Below, piece by piece: positions 15,912 to 24,984 of a DNA stretch of 45,330 bases. The notes below the pieces were generated by a model. It worked only from the letters and a program-made list of their open reading frames with translations, was not told where the DNA came from and did no database searches. Position 1 is the first letter of the stretch. Every line of letters begins with the position of its first letter. This DNA is from Candidatus Heimdallarchaeota archaeon (GTDB lineage Archaea > Asgardarchaeota > Heimdallarchaeia > Heimdallarchaeales > Heimdallarchaeaceae), in assembly GCA_023705945.1 (NCBI GenBank), contig BPTM01000158.1, positions 1 through 45,330 of the forward strand. Direction: 5' to 3'. Position numbers and translations under genes: made by a program.

Positions 15912-16781
15912 ATGAAAGTGTTCGATGTGTCGATAAAATCAAGAGTTGTAATAATTATACCAGAACCAGATTTAGCAGCAAATACAATTTGGAACGAGCT
16001 TAAGAGCCAGTCTTACTTCAAAGAGACTGATCAGTTATTTGATGGCAGTGTTGTTTATCAACATAACAAATATCCAAACGACATCAAAATTATTCGTTCA
16101 AAGAAAGATGGTGTAGGAAGTAATCACCTTGATTTAGAAATTGAAGCAGAGTTGTATATTTTTGCCAGTAGACACAGAGCAGCTTCAGGAACACCTGCGT
16201 TGTTAATTCATCCAACAGGTAATTGGAACCAAATAACACTTGATGGTAGAGAGAAAGAGCTTTCTTATACATCAGCAACAGCTCTGAAATTTGGCTTTCA
16301 AAATCTAATCACTAAACAAGAAGAATTTGATTTAGAAGAGTTCAAGGTTGATATGGAAGTTACTCATCATGGTCCAACTGAACTTAAAACACCTCTGATC
16401 TTCATGGAGTTGGGTAGCAGTGAGGAATACTGGGTACATAAGAAAGCAGCCTTAGCCGTAGGACAAGCAATTATAGAAACAGCTGAACAGTTTGTACAAA
16501 GAGGTAAGTTTCAAGGTGAGAGTTTCGTTGGTTTTGGAGGGAATCACTATGCTTACAGATTCCGTAAACATGTTCTTTTAGATGAGAAAACACATATTAG
16601 TCACATAGCTGCTAAACATACTTTAGATAATTTAACTGAAGAAATTATCCTGGAAGCTTTCGAGAAAACCATTGAGGAACCTAAAGGAGCTCTAATAGAT
16701 AAGAAGGGCGCAAGATCAGAACAAAGAAAGAACATAATTGATATTGTAGAGGGAAACGGAAAGGAGTGTATTCAGATTTAA
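15912..16781 (+). CDS. dtdA: D-aminoacyl-tRNA deacylase, archaeal DTD2 type
   Basis: IFASRHRAASGTPALLIHPTGNW, EVTHHGPTEL, FMELGSSEEYW and GFGGNHYA match the DTD2 (GEK1-like) family pattern as I recall it from Pyrococcus. I prefer the ATG at 15912 over the tracked GTG at 15888. Confidence 0.85.
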   Translation: MKVFDVSIKSRVVIIIPEPDLAANTIWNELKSQSYFKETDQLFDGSVVYQHNKYPNDIKIIRSKKDGVGSNHLDLEIEAELYIFASRHRAASGTPALLIHPTGNWNQITLDGREKELSYTSATALKFGFQNLITKQEEFDLEEFKVDMEVTHHGPTELKTPLIFMELGSSEEYWVHKKAALAVGQAIIETAEQFVQRGKFQGESFVGFGGNHYAYRFRKHVLLDEKTHISHIAAKHTLDNLTEEIILEAFEKTIEEPKGALIDKKGARSEQRKNIIDIVEGNGKECIQI

Positions 16782-16875
16782 TTTTAACATGGAAATTAAC
16801 TGCTTAAAACCTGCAGATTAACCAAAGAATAATTGTGGCTCTTTTATATGCTATTTTGGGTAAGCTAATGATTAT

Positions 16876-17724
16876 ATGAATGACGAGAGTCCAATTATCA
16901 TAATCACGGGAGCATCTTCTGGAATTGGAAAAGCAGTGGCTTTAAAACTAGCAGAAAGTAAACCAAAGATTGTCATTGTAGCCAGAAGACAGAAAGAGTT
17001 AATGAAAACAGCTCATGCTGTAAAAAGGAAGGGTGCAAAGGTTCTACCAATCATTGGCGATGTTAGAAACAGGGAAGATCGTGAGAGAGTAGTAAATCTT
17101 ACTATGAAAGCTTTCGGACAAATTGATGTGCTAATCAATAATGCTGGATTAGGAAAAGCTAATTTGTTCATTGATCAACCAGATGAGGAAATAGATGAGT
17201 TGATAGAGACAAATATCTTGGCATTGATTAAACTAACACATAGAGTTTTACCGATAATGAAAGAACAAGGTAAGGGTCACATAATCAATCTATCCTCAAC
17301 GCTAGCTCTTCTACCATCATATCCGTTTGCGGTATATTGTGCAACTAAAGCAGCAGTAAAAACATTTAGTGACTGTATTAGGGAAGAAGTAAAAGAATAC
17401 GGGATAAAGATCTCAACAGTATACCCTGGACCATATGATACGAATTTTGGTAAGGTAGCAGGTTACGGAAAATCAGGATTCCAAGGGTATGATGTTCAAG
17501 GACTAGCTGAACACATAGCAAAGCTTGTGAGTAAACCTAAAGATAATCTGATTAAACCATGGTTTTTCGTTCCTCTTGTTTGGGTGACAATATTCTCTAA
17601 ACGATTAAAAAGAAAAATTATTACAGGGATAGCAGATACAATAATCAAAGCTAAAAGAGAAACAGACCTAACAATAATGTTGGAAGAGAAAAAACAAGAG
17701 GAAATTGAGCTGTTAGCTAGATAA
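16876..17724 (+). CDS. Short-chain dehydrogenase/reductase (classical SDR) with a hydrophobic C-terminal tail
   Basis: 282 aa with TGASSGIGKAVA (cofactor binding), NNAG, and the S...YCATKAAV catalytic tetrad region. Its last 12 nt overlap the convergent peptidase pseudogene. Confidence 0.9.
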   Translation: MNDESPIIIITGASSGIGKAVALKLAESKPKIVIVARRQKELMKTAHAVKRKGAKVLPIIGDVRNREDRERVVNLTMKAFGQIDVLINNAGLGKANLFIDQPDEEIDELIETNILALIKLTHRVLPIMKEQGKGHIINLSSTLALLPSYPFAVYCATKAAVKTFSDCIREEVKEYGIKISTVYPGPYDTNFGKVAGYGKSGFQGYDVQGLAEHIAKLVSKPKDNLIKPWFFVPLVWVTIFSKRLKRKIITGIADTIIKAKRETDLTIMLEEKKQEEIELLAR

Positions 17725-18826
17725 ATTTGTATTGCCTAGCTTTTGTAATAGTTTGATACTGGTTTTTACTCCTTTCTCAAACCACTCAGTCATCATGTTT
17801 TCATTTGGAGCATGATTAGCTTCATCTGGTTGAGCGTAAGGGATTATGTAAATGGGTTTCTCAGTGACTTTATACAAGGAATATAATGGTAAACTTCCTC
17901 CAGCAAGTGGAAGCTTCAAAGGTTCTTGCTCAAATCCTTCTTTAATAGCTTCTGCTAATATTTTTGTCCAAGGCAGTTCTAAGTGAGTGAACAACGGATG
18001 AAAGCTCGCTCCAAAACCAATTTTACATTTATCAATAATTGCTGCAAATCTTTCAGATTGATTCTTTAGTTTCTCTAAATGAGTAAGAATCAAACTCTCA
18101 ATTTTCTCTGGTATTTGGTTTGAGACTAGTCTCACATCCAGCTCTACAACTGCTTCACTCGGAATAATTTTTTTGGCATTCTCTCTAATTTCTCCTGATC
18201 TGAATCCACGAATATTAAATGTTTGACGGAACATTACTCTGTGCGTTAAAGGTTGATCTTGTTCTTCACCAAAATAGGAATACCTGATTGTTTCATGTAT
18301 GCATCAGGATCGCGGTTAAGCTCTTTTGCAGCTTTAAGTGCTGCTTCAGAAGGTACAAAAACATCATCATAAAAACCTTCAATCAGATATTTACCCTTTG
18401 CATCTCTCATAGTATTTAGAATGGCTAATAGATCCCATGCGGGATTAGGTTGAATTCCGCCAAAGTTACCACTATGAACATCACTATCAGCTGATTGTAG
18501 CTCAATTCTTACAGTTTGTATACCTCTAACACCAAATTCCAGAATAGGTTTCCAAGAAGGGTCCGCAGGACCATCAGAAACAATAATTAAGTCGACATTT
18601 TCTCAGTTTGGATTTGAGGTTTCCATTCAGCAAGAACTACAGGGTTCCCCTTAGTAGGGATTATTTCAACGTAGTCTGCAGTCTTCTGCAAGAGATCTCT
18701 TAACTATTCATCAGTAGTTGTAACATATGCATTGTTCTTTGTTATACTAGGAATTCTTAGCAGTTTAAATAACTCATCAAGAAAATTTTGTTTATTTACT
18801 TGAAAAATTTCCAATGGCTTCCTGCA
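17713..18826 (-). pseudogene. Decayed paralogue of the M20 dipeptidase gene at 21180..22583
   Basis: Collinear nucleotide similarity to 21180-22583, including an identical ~50-mer atataatggtaaacttcctccagcaagtggaagcttcaaaggttcttgc. Only the C-terminal 173 codons remain open (17713-18234). There is a 1-nt indel at ~18281 and a ~280-290 bp deletion at ~18600. The deletion removes the HYDVQP / GDNKG / DGEEE metal-binding region. Confidence 0.8.
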
Positions 18827-18945
18827 TTTTCGGAAGTAATTTAATTTTGTAATATAAAAATTTAATGCAAGTCAGAAGGCTTTTGTCTGGTGAAATCCGC
18901 AAGAAAATTTATAAGAGTCTTTGTTTAACTAATAATTTGATTGTG

Positions 18946-20826
18946 ATGAAGAGCGGTAGTAGAGACTTGTTAAATTATCTATTAGTAGTTTTATTACTAA
19001 TGCAAGTGTCTTTGTACTTTGATAATCAGACTTCTTCAAAAACGGTGGTAGAAGCAACTATCACTAAATCATTGATTGACATTAATAATATTTACATTCC
19101 TACTGATGATGATTTTGTTTCATATGCCTCTTTAGGAAATGGAACAGAGGAAAATCCGTACATAATTGAAAATTATAACATCCTACCAGATTCGCCACAT
19201 AGTCCTCCTGCTTGGGGGATATCGATTAAGTACACAACAAAGTATTTTGTAATTAGGAATTGTGTTATAACAGCTAGGGATGGAGGAATTTTCCTGGATC
19301 ATGTTGGGGCTGGCAGAGCTAAAATAATTGATAACACGTTTGAGGGTGATTTGAGTCTGGGGATTTGGGTATTTGTGGTTGCTAATACACTTATAGCAAA
19401 CAATACTTTTCTGAACCAAGGTTTGGGGATTATGATTGAAAATTCAGCTAATTCAGTAATTGCCAATAACACCTTCTCTGTGTATGGTATAATCGTTTAT
19501 TTTGATGAACATGATGATTTAGCAGAGTGTCTTTCATATAATGTCTATAATAATACAGTAGATGGAAAGGAAATTGGTTGGTTCAAAAATCAGAACGATT
19601 TAGAGTTTGACAACTCAGATTATGAACAACTGTTTTTCGTAAATTGTACAAATATAACTATTAAAAATCAACAGCCAAGTTCTATGATTGAATACTTTGT
19701 AGGTATAGGATTATACTACTGTCAAAATGCGAATATAATCGAAAATAGATGTGGGGTTGTATCAGTAGGTGGAGATAGAATTAGCATCATGGATAATTAT
19801 TTTACAGATACTTCTTTACGTATTTGTCTCACAACTGCTGTAAATATTAAAAACAACAGCAACAAAGATGGATTTTTCTCAATTTATCTTACTGGAGTCA
19901 ATTCAGCAAATATGAAGAACAATACATTTGGATTAAGGAAATATTCTAACAGTCTTTACTTAGTTGAATGCTTTGATTGCACCATTGAAAACAATCATAT
20001 TTTTAGTAGTGGGGAAAATGGGATTTCGTTGTATTACTGTGATTCACTGGTTATTAGAGATAATGAGATATATGACAGTGAGATAAACGGTCTTTATATG
20101 AGAGAAACAGATAATTGTCAAATTTATCATAATATTATAGCTCGGAATAAAGAGTATGGTATATCAGTACAAGAAAATTCAGCAAACAATGTATTCTACT
20201 CCAATATCCTCTCAGTTAATCGAATTTCTGGAACATCGCAAGCTAATGATGGTGGAGCAAACAATTATTGGTACAACACAAGTTCTAACACAGGCAATTA
20301 TTGGGACGATTGGAGCGGATCAGGAGCATATAGTATCGACGGAACAGCAGGAAGTTCTGATTCTTATCCATTGAGCGATACTGATTATGATGGGATGCCT
20401 GCAGAATGGGAAATAGAATATGATCTAAACCCTTGGTTCGACGATTCTACTGAGGATTTAGATGAAGACGGTTTAACAAACTTAGAGGAATATTTACACA
20501 ATTCGAATCCATTAGTAAATGACACCGACTCAGATGGACTCTTTGATGGTGAAGAAGTTAATGATTATGGAACTAATCCAAATGATGAGGATTCAGATGA
20601 TGACAACTTATCAGACGGAGAAGAAGTATTGGTCTATTTTACAGACCCTAACAACAATGATACTGATGGAGACGGCATGCTAGATGGGGAGGAGATAGAA
20701 AATGGAACTGACCCCTTAGATCCTGATGATCCTAAGAAAACTTCAATTGCTTTTAATGTCGTTCTGTTAGCAATTTCAGTAGGAATATTGTTTTATCGAA
20801 AAAAACATCGATTCAGGTTTCAGTAA
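18946..20826 (+). CDS. Surface protein: signal/anchor, right-handed parallel beta-helix (PbH1) repeats, thrombospondin type-3-like Ca-binding repeats, C-terminal TM anchor
   Basis: The ATG at 18946 gives MKSGSRDLLNYLLVVLLLMQVS; the tracked start is 18865. It has repeated I.NNTF / I..N.I...G..GI units (beta-helix). The C-terminal part carries DxDxDG(L/M)xDGEE...GT(N/D)P repeats (DTDSDGLFDGEE, DTDGDGMLDGEE). It ends in a hydrophobic helix plus RKKHRFRFQ. Confidence 0.75.
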   Translation: MKSGSRDLLNYLLVVLLLMQVSLYFDNQTSSKTVVEATITKSLIDINNIYIPTDDDFVSYASLGNGTEENPYIIENYNILPDSPHSPPAWGISIKYTTKYFVIRNCVITARDGGIFLDHVGAGRAKIIDNTFEGDLSLGIWVFVVANTLIANNTFLNQGLGIMIENSANSVIANNTFSVYGIIVYFDEHDDLAECLSYNVYNNTVDGKEIGWFKNQNDLEFDNSDYEQLFFVNCTNITIKNQQPSSMIEYFVGIGLYYCQNANIIENRCGVVSVGGDRISIMDNYFTDTSLRICLTTAVNIKNNSNKDGFFSIYLTGVNSANMKNNTFGLRKYSNSLYLVECFDCTIENNHIFSSGENGISLYYCDSLVIRDNEIYDSEINGLYMRETDNCQIYHNIIARNKEYGISVQENSANNVFYSNILSVNRISGTSQANDGGANNYWYNTSSNTGNYWDDWSGSGAYSIDGTAGSSDSYPLSDTDYDGMPAEWEIEYDLNPWFDDSTEDLDEDGLTNLEEYLHNSNPLVNDTDSDGLFDGEEVNDYGTNPNDEDSDDDNLSDGEEVLVYFTDPNNNDTDGDGMLDGEEIENGTDPLDPDDPKKTSIAFNVVLLAISVGILFYRKKHRFRFQ

Positions 20827-20980
20827 AAATTGTGGAATAATCTCTCTAAACAAAAAAATGAAAGATATATTTCATAAAAATCTGCAACTGTCGTATAATT
20901 AGGAAGAAAAGGAAAAAGGGAAAGTAGTCAGTAACGGGAGATCAAGCTTTTAGGTGTATGATATACTAGAACTAGCAAAA

Positions 20981-21191
20981 ACATAACAAAGCTTGTGAGT
21001 AAACCTAAAGATAATTTAATTAAAACCATGGTTTTCGCGCCTTTTATTTGGGTAACAAAATTCTCTAAACGATTAAAAAGAAGATTATTTCGAGGATAGC
21101 AGATACAATAATCAAAGCTAAAGAAGAAACAGAACTAACAATAAAATTGGAAGAGAAAAAACAAGTGGAAACTAAGATATTAGCTAGATAA
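20981..21191 (+). pseudogene. Remnant of an SDR gene 3' end (copy of 17513..17724)
   Basis: acataacaaagcttgtgagtaaacctaaagataat... parallels 17513 onward through the shared stop context gctagataaatt. It carries indels (aaaaccatggttttcgcgcc versus aaaccatggtttttcgttcc) and has no 5' part. Confidence 0.7.
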
Positions 21192-22583
21192 ATTAGACGA
21201 ATTTATTTTACCTAGCTTTTGTAATAGTTTGATACTGGTTTTTACTCCTTTCTCAAACCATTCCACCATCATGTTTTCATTTGGCGCATGATTAGCTTCG
21301 TCTGGTTGAGCGTACGGGATTATGTAAATGGGTTTCTCAGTGACTTTATACAAGGAATATAATGGTAAACTTCCTCCAGCAAGTGGAAGCTTCAAAGGTT
21401 CTTGCCCAAATCCTTCCTTAATAGCCTCAACTAATATCTCTGTCCAGGGCAGTTCTAAGGGAGTAAACAACGGATGAAAGCTCGCTCCAAAACTAATTTT
21501 ACATCTATCAAGAACTTGAACCATCCTTTCAGAATGGCTTCTTAACTTATCTAAATGCGTAAGAATCAGACTCTCAATTTTCTCTGGTGTTTGATTTGGA
21601 ACTAACCTAACATCCAGCTCTGCAACCGCTTCACTTGGAATAATTGTTTTGGCGTTCTCTCGAATTTCTCCTGATCTGAATCCCCGAATATTAAATGTTG
21701 GACGAAACATCACTCTGTGTGTTAAAGGTTGATCTTGTTCTTCACCAAAATAGGAAATGCCTAATTGTTTCTTGTATGTTTCAGGATCACGATTAAGGTT
21801 TTCTGCAGCTTTAAGTGCTGTTTCAGTAGGTACAAAAACATCATCATAAAATCCTTCGATTAAACATTTGCCGTTTTCATCTCTCATGGTTTGTAGAATA
21901 GCAAGTAAATCCCAAGCAGGATTAGGTTGAATACCACCAAAGTTTCCACTATGAACGTCACTATTAGCAGATAGCAACTCAATTCTTACAGTTTGTATAC
22001 CCCTTGCACCGAATTCGAGTGTAGGTTTCCAAGAAGGATCAGCGGGACCATCGGAAACGATAATCAAATCAACATCTTCAAAAAACTCCCTTCTCGCGTT
22101 CATAGCTTCTTCAAGATGAAAAGAGCCCAACTCTTCTTCTCCATCGAAAATAAATTTCACAGTTAATCCAAGCTCATTAACTTCGTGTAGGCATTTTATA
22201 GCACAATAATGAGCATAGAACTGTCCTTTGTTATCGCCAACTCCACGGGCATATATTCGCCCTTCACTTATTTCTGGTTCGAAAGGTGGTGAATTCCACT
22301 TGTCTAGAGGTTCAGGGGGTTGAACATCATAGTGGCCATAGAGAAGTAAGGTAGGTGTGTTCTTTTGTTGTGTTTGGGGTTCCCATTCTACAAGAACGAC
22401 AGGATTGCCCTTTGTTTGAATTATCTCAACATAATCAGCACTTTGTTCTAGTTTCTTCTTTAGCCATTCAGCTGCTATTTCCACATCTTCGCTATTTTTT
22501 GTTATACTAGGAATCCGAAGCAGCTCAAACAATTCATCATAAAATTGCTGCCTGTTGGACTGAAAAACTTCAGTAGGTTTCAT
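21180..22583 (-). CDS. M20-family metallo-dipeptidase
   Basis: 467 aa with LLLYGHYDVQP, GVGDNKGQ, FDGEEELGS and C-terminal HAPNE, the typical M20 metal and catalytic motifs. Confidence 0.9.
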   Translation of the reverse strand: MKPTEVFQSNRQQFYDELFELLRIPSITKNSEDVEIAAEWLKKKLEQSADYVEIIQTKGNPVVLVEWEPQTQQKNTPTLLLYGHYDVQPPEPLDKWNSPPFEPEISEGRIYARGVGDNKGQFYAHYCAIKCLHEVNELGLTVKFIFDGEEELGSFHLEEAMNARREFFEDVDLIIVSDGPADPSWKPTLEFGARGIQTVRIELLSANSDVHSGNFGGIQPNPAWDLLAILQTMRDENGKCLIEGFYDDVFVPTETALKAAENLNRDPETYKKQLGISYFGEEQDQPLTHRVMFRPTFNIRGFRSGEIRENAKTIIPSEAVAELDVRLVPNQTPEKIESLILTHLDKLRSHSERMVQVLDRCKISFGASFHPLFTPLELPWTEILVEAIKEGFGQEPLKLPLAGGSLPLYSLYKVTEKPIYIIPYAQPDEANHAPNENMMVEWFEKGVKTSIKLLQKLGKINSSNLSS

Positions 22584-22645
22584 GTATCCTCGTCGCTAGT
22601 TTTGTATTATAATATAAAAGTTGATGCGAGTGAAAAAACAGAAAA

Positions 22646-23293
22646 TTAATCGAGATCCAAACATTTCTTCAATTCATCTTTCAAATCTGGAATAATGAGT
22701 AACGTGTTAAGACGTATATATTCATCCACGACGCCTTGCAACTCATCATGAGGAAGATTACCAGCGATTTCAGCAACTTCATCAGGAAACTCGCGGAAAA
22801 GTTTGTCTATGCCTTGAATATCACAAGAATGAACTTTGTTTAGAAGTTCTTCAATACATTCCGTTGAATCTTTTTGAATATCATTAGTTAAACTAAAAAA
22901 CTTTGAAAGAATCTTTGATTGTTTCTCAATCCTGTCCTTATATTCTTGATCTTTTATTTTTGTTCCAGTGTGAAAGAACTTTGCAGTTCTTGAAAATAAT
23001 TTTTCTGTCATTGATTGACCCTTGTAAACTCTCTTTCCAATTTCAATAATTACTCCAGCCTCTTTCAAAGTATTAAGATGTCTGTACAAAGTTTTATCGG
23101 GAGGTACGGTACTAGCATGCTTTGTATACTCTTCTTTAATCTCTTTGAAAGTCTTATATCCTTCTCTTAGAATCTTTATAATTGGGGCATAAAGGGGATT
23201 ATGTATCTTTTTTACAGTTTCCTCATTATCAATGAAGATAACAGATTCTTGCTCTTCTTCTATAATATCTTGGAATGCCATATGATCAACCAT
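22646..23293 (-). CDS. Winged-helix (ArsR-like) transcriptional regulator with a helical C-terminal domain
   Basis: 215 aa. NPLYAPIIKILREGYKTFKEIKEEY....LYRHLNTLKEAGVIIEIGKRV fits an ArsR-type wHTH. It is divergent from the MFS transporter gene. Confidence 0.6.
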   Translation of the reverse strand: MVDHMAFQDIIEEEQESVIFIDNEETVKKIHNPLYAPIIKILREGYKTFKEIKEEYTKHASTVPPDKTLYRHLNTLKEAGVIIEIGKRVYKGQSMTEKLFSRTAKFFHTGTKIKDQEYKDRIEKQSKILSKFFSLTNDIQKDSTECIEELLNKVHSCDIQGIDKLFREFPDEVAEIAGNLPHDELQGVVDEYIRLNTLLIIPDLKDELKKCLDLD

Positions 23294-23330
23294 TCTTCAT
23301 CTTAACAGTTTACAGAAGAATATATAAGGT

Positions 23331-23441
23331 TTCTCATCAACAATGATACTTATTCTCACACAAAGTGAGAAACACTTAAATACTTGTCATTCTTATGTTA
23401 TGTGAGAACAATTCTCATGAGAACTGAGAATTAGGTGAGAA
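23331..23441. promoter_or_regulatory. Operator-like array: 8 copies of TGAGAA/TTCTCA, including three palindromic pairs
   Basis: TTCTCA at 23331, 23353 and 23412; (G)TGAGAA at 23365, 23402, 23418, 23425 and 23435. Palindromes are TTCTCAC-acaaa-GTGAGAA (23353-23371), GTGAGAAcaaTTCTCAT (23402-23418) and TTCTCATGAGAA (23412-23423). A TATATA element at 23321-23326 lies ~30 nt upstream of the regulator ATG. Confidence 0.5.
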
Positions 23442-23583
23442 ACATGGTATCAAATAGAAAGAAACAAGATAAAATCAAAATGGATTGGCGTAAGAAGAAG
23501 TTAGCTTCCTTAGAAGAGTTCATCTTATACAGGGGAAGCTTCCATTAATTTTTTTCTTTATAATAAATGAAATTGAAATTAAG

Positions 23584-24882
23584 GTGGAAATATTGACGGA
23601 GAGTAAAATAGAAAATGAAAATGAATCATCCTATAGGGATGTTTTTAGAAACAAAGAATTTGTTAAACTGCTTTCTGGGCAATTATTTAGTAACATAGGA
23701 GATGCCGTTTTTAGAATAGCGATTGTGCTTTATGTTTATAGTCTTACTGGTTCAGCTGCTCAGATGACATTCGTTTTAGCAGCTCAAACTTTGCCTTGGA
23801 TTTTAATCGGTCCAATTTCAGGGGTTTTAGCTGATAGAATAAGTAGAAAAGCAATTATGGTGTCAGCTGATTTTATGAGAGCAATTTCAATTATCGCTAT
23901 ACCCTTTGTCCACTCATTCTATTTATTGCTAATAATAGCTTTCCTGGATGGAGTGGGATCTTCAAGCTTCGCGGCTCCAAGATCTGCAGCTATTCCTGAG
24001 ATTGTTGGGTTAAAGTCCTATGTAAAAGCAATTAGCATAAGCAGACTCATCTTTCAAACTTTAGCAGTATTAGGACCGTTAATGGCTGCACCAATCTACG
24101 CATTCTTTGGCCCCCCAGCATTTTGGATAACAAGTGGATGTTATGTTTTATCAGGATTGATAATACTAAGGACAGTAATTCCATCAGCGTCAAGAGAAAA
24201 AGAAACTTTGACGATGAAAACAATATTTAGCGATCTAAGAGAAGGGTTAAGCTTTCTTTTTAGACACCCAATAATAAAAATACTACTAGTATTGTTTGCG
24301 TTTATAATAATAGGGGCATCCTTTGCAGGACCTTTACTATATCCATGGATATTCGAAATACGACATAGTGGAAATGTACTACTAGAACAACTAGCAAATA
24401 TTGAGTTTGGAATAATAGGTGCAATTGTAGCGTTTGGAACTGTTATAGGAACTTTGCTCTTTGCTAAATTTGAGAAAAGAATAGGGAGATCTAGAGCAAT
24501 AATAGCAGGAGTGGTGGGTTTAGCAGTATATTATATAATATTCATATTTACACCATCAATTTATGTAATCGGTGTCTTTGGACTAATATCAGGTATATTG
24601 GCCGGGATGCATAGCCTTAGCATCAATGCCTATTTTGCAGAAGAAGTTCCCAATGAAATAAGGGGAAGGGCATATAGTGCGACAAATGCATATGTACAAG
24701 TATTTAGTGTAATCTGTTTATCACTCTCTGGTTTAACATCAGAAGCTATGGGGATAGCAAACACTATGTTAATGGCAAGTGGAATTCTGTTTCTAGGTAT
24801 AATATTGCTAAGCATCAAAACAAAATTCTTGAAATTCACCAAAGTAAAAATTGTGTCAACTGCTCCTATAGCCGGTGATTAA
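23584..24882 (+). CDS. MFS transporter
   Basis: 432 aa with about 12 hydrophobic helices and an MFS loop 2-3 motif, GVLADRISRK. The start is the GTG in the ORF track. Confidence 0.8.
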   Translation: MEILTESKIENENESSYRDVFRNKEFVKLLSGQLFSNIGDAVFRIAIVLYVYSLTGSAAQMTFVLAAQTLPWILIGPISGVLADRISRKAIMVSADFMRAISIIAIPFVHSFYLLLIIAFLDGVGSSSFAAPRSAAIPEIVGLKSYVKAISISRLIFQTLAVLGPLMAAPIYAFFGPPAFWITSGCYVLSGLIILRTVIPSASREKETLTMKTIFSDLREGLSFLFRHPIIKILLVLFAFIIIGASFAGPLLYPWIFEIRHSGNVLLEQLANIEFGIIGAIVAFGTVIGTLLFAKFEKRIGRSRAIIAGVVGLAVYYIIFIFTPSIYVIGVFGLISGILAGMHSLSINAYFAEEVPNEIRGRAYSATNAYVQVFSVICLSLSGLTSEAMGIANTMLMASGILFLGIILLSIKTKFLKFTKVKIVSTAPIAGD

Positions 24883-24984
24883 ATACGAGTGCTTTGACAC
24901 TCCTTCTTTTTTATTTATTTTTTTATTTATATTGAGAATAGTTGAAAAACAGCTAAGAAATGAAAAATAAAGAAAAGGATGGAA

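Noticed and set aside
14829-16781. Restriction-modification system (methyltransferase plus downstream gene).
   Set aside because: The downstream ORF has clear DTD2 D-aminoacyl-tRNA deacylase motifs and is not a nuclease. I therefore report the methyltransferase as an orphan.
17713-18234. 173-aa ORF as an independent short gene.
   Set aside because: It is the still-open C-terminal part of a decayed M20 peptidase paralogue. Homology continues upstream out of frame, and the catalytic core is deleted.
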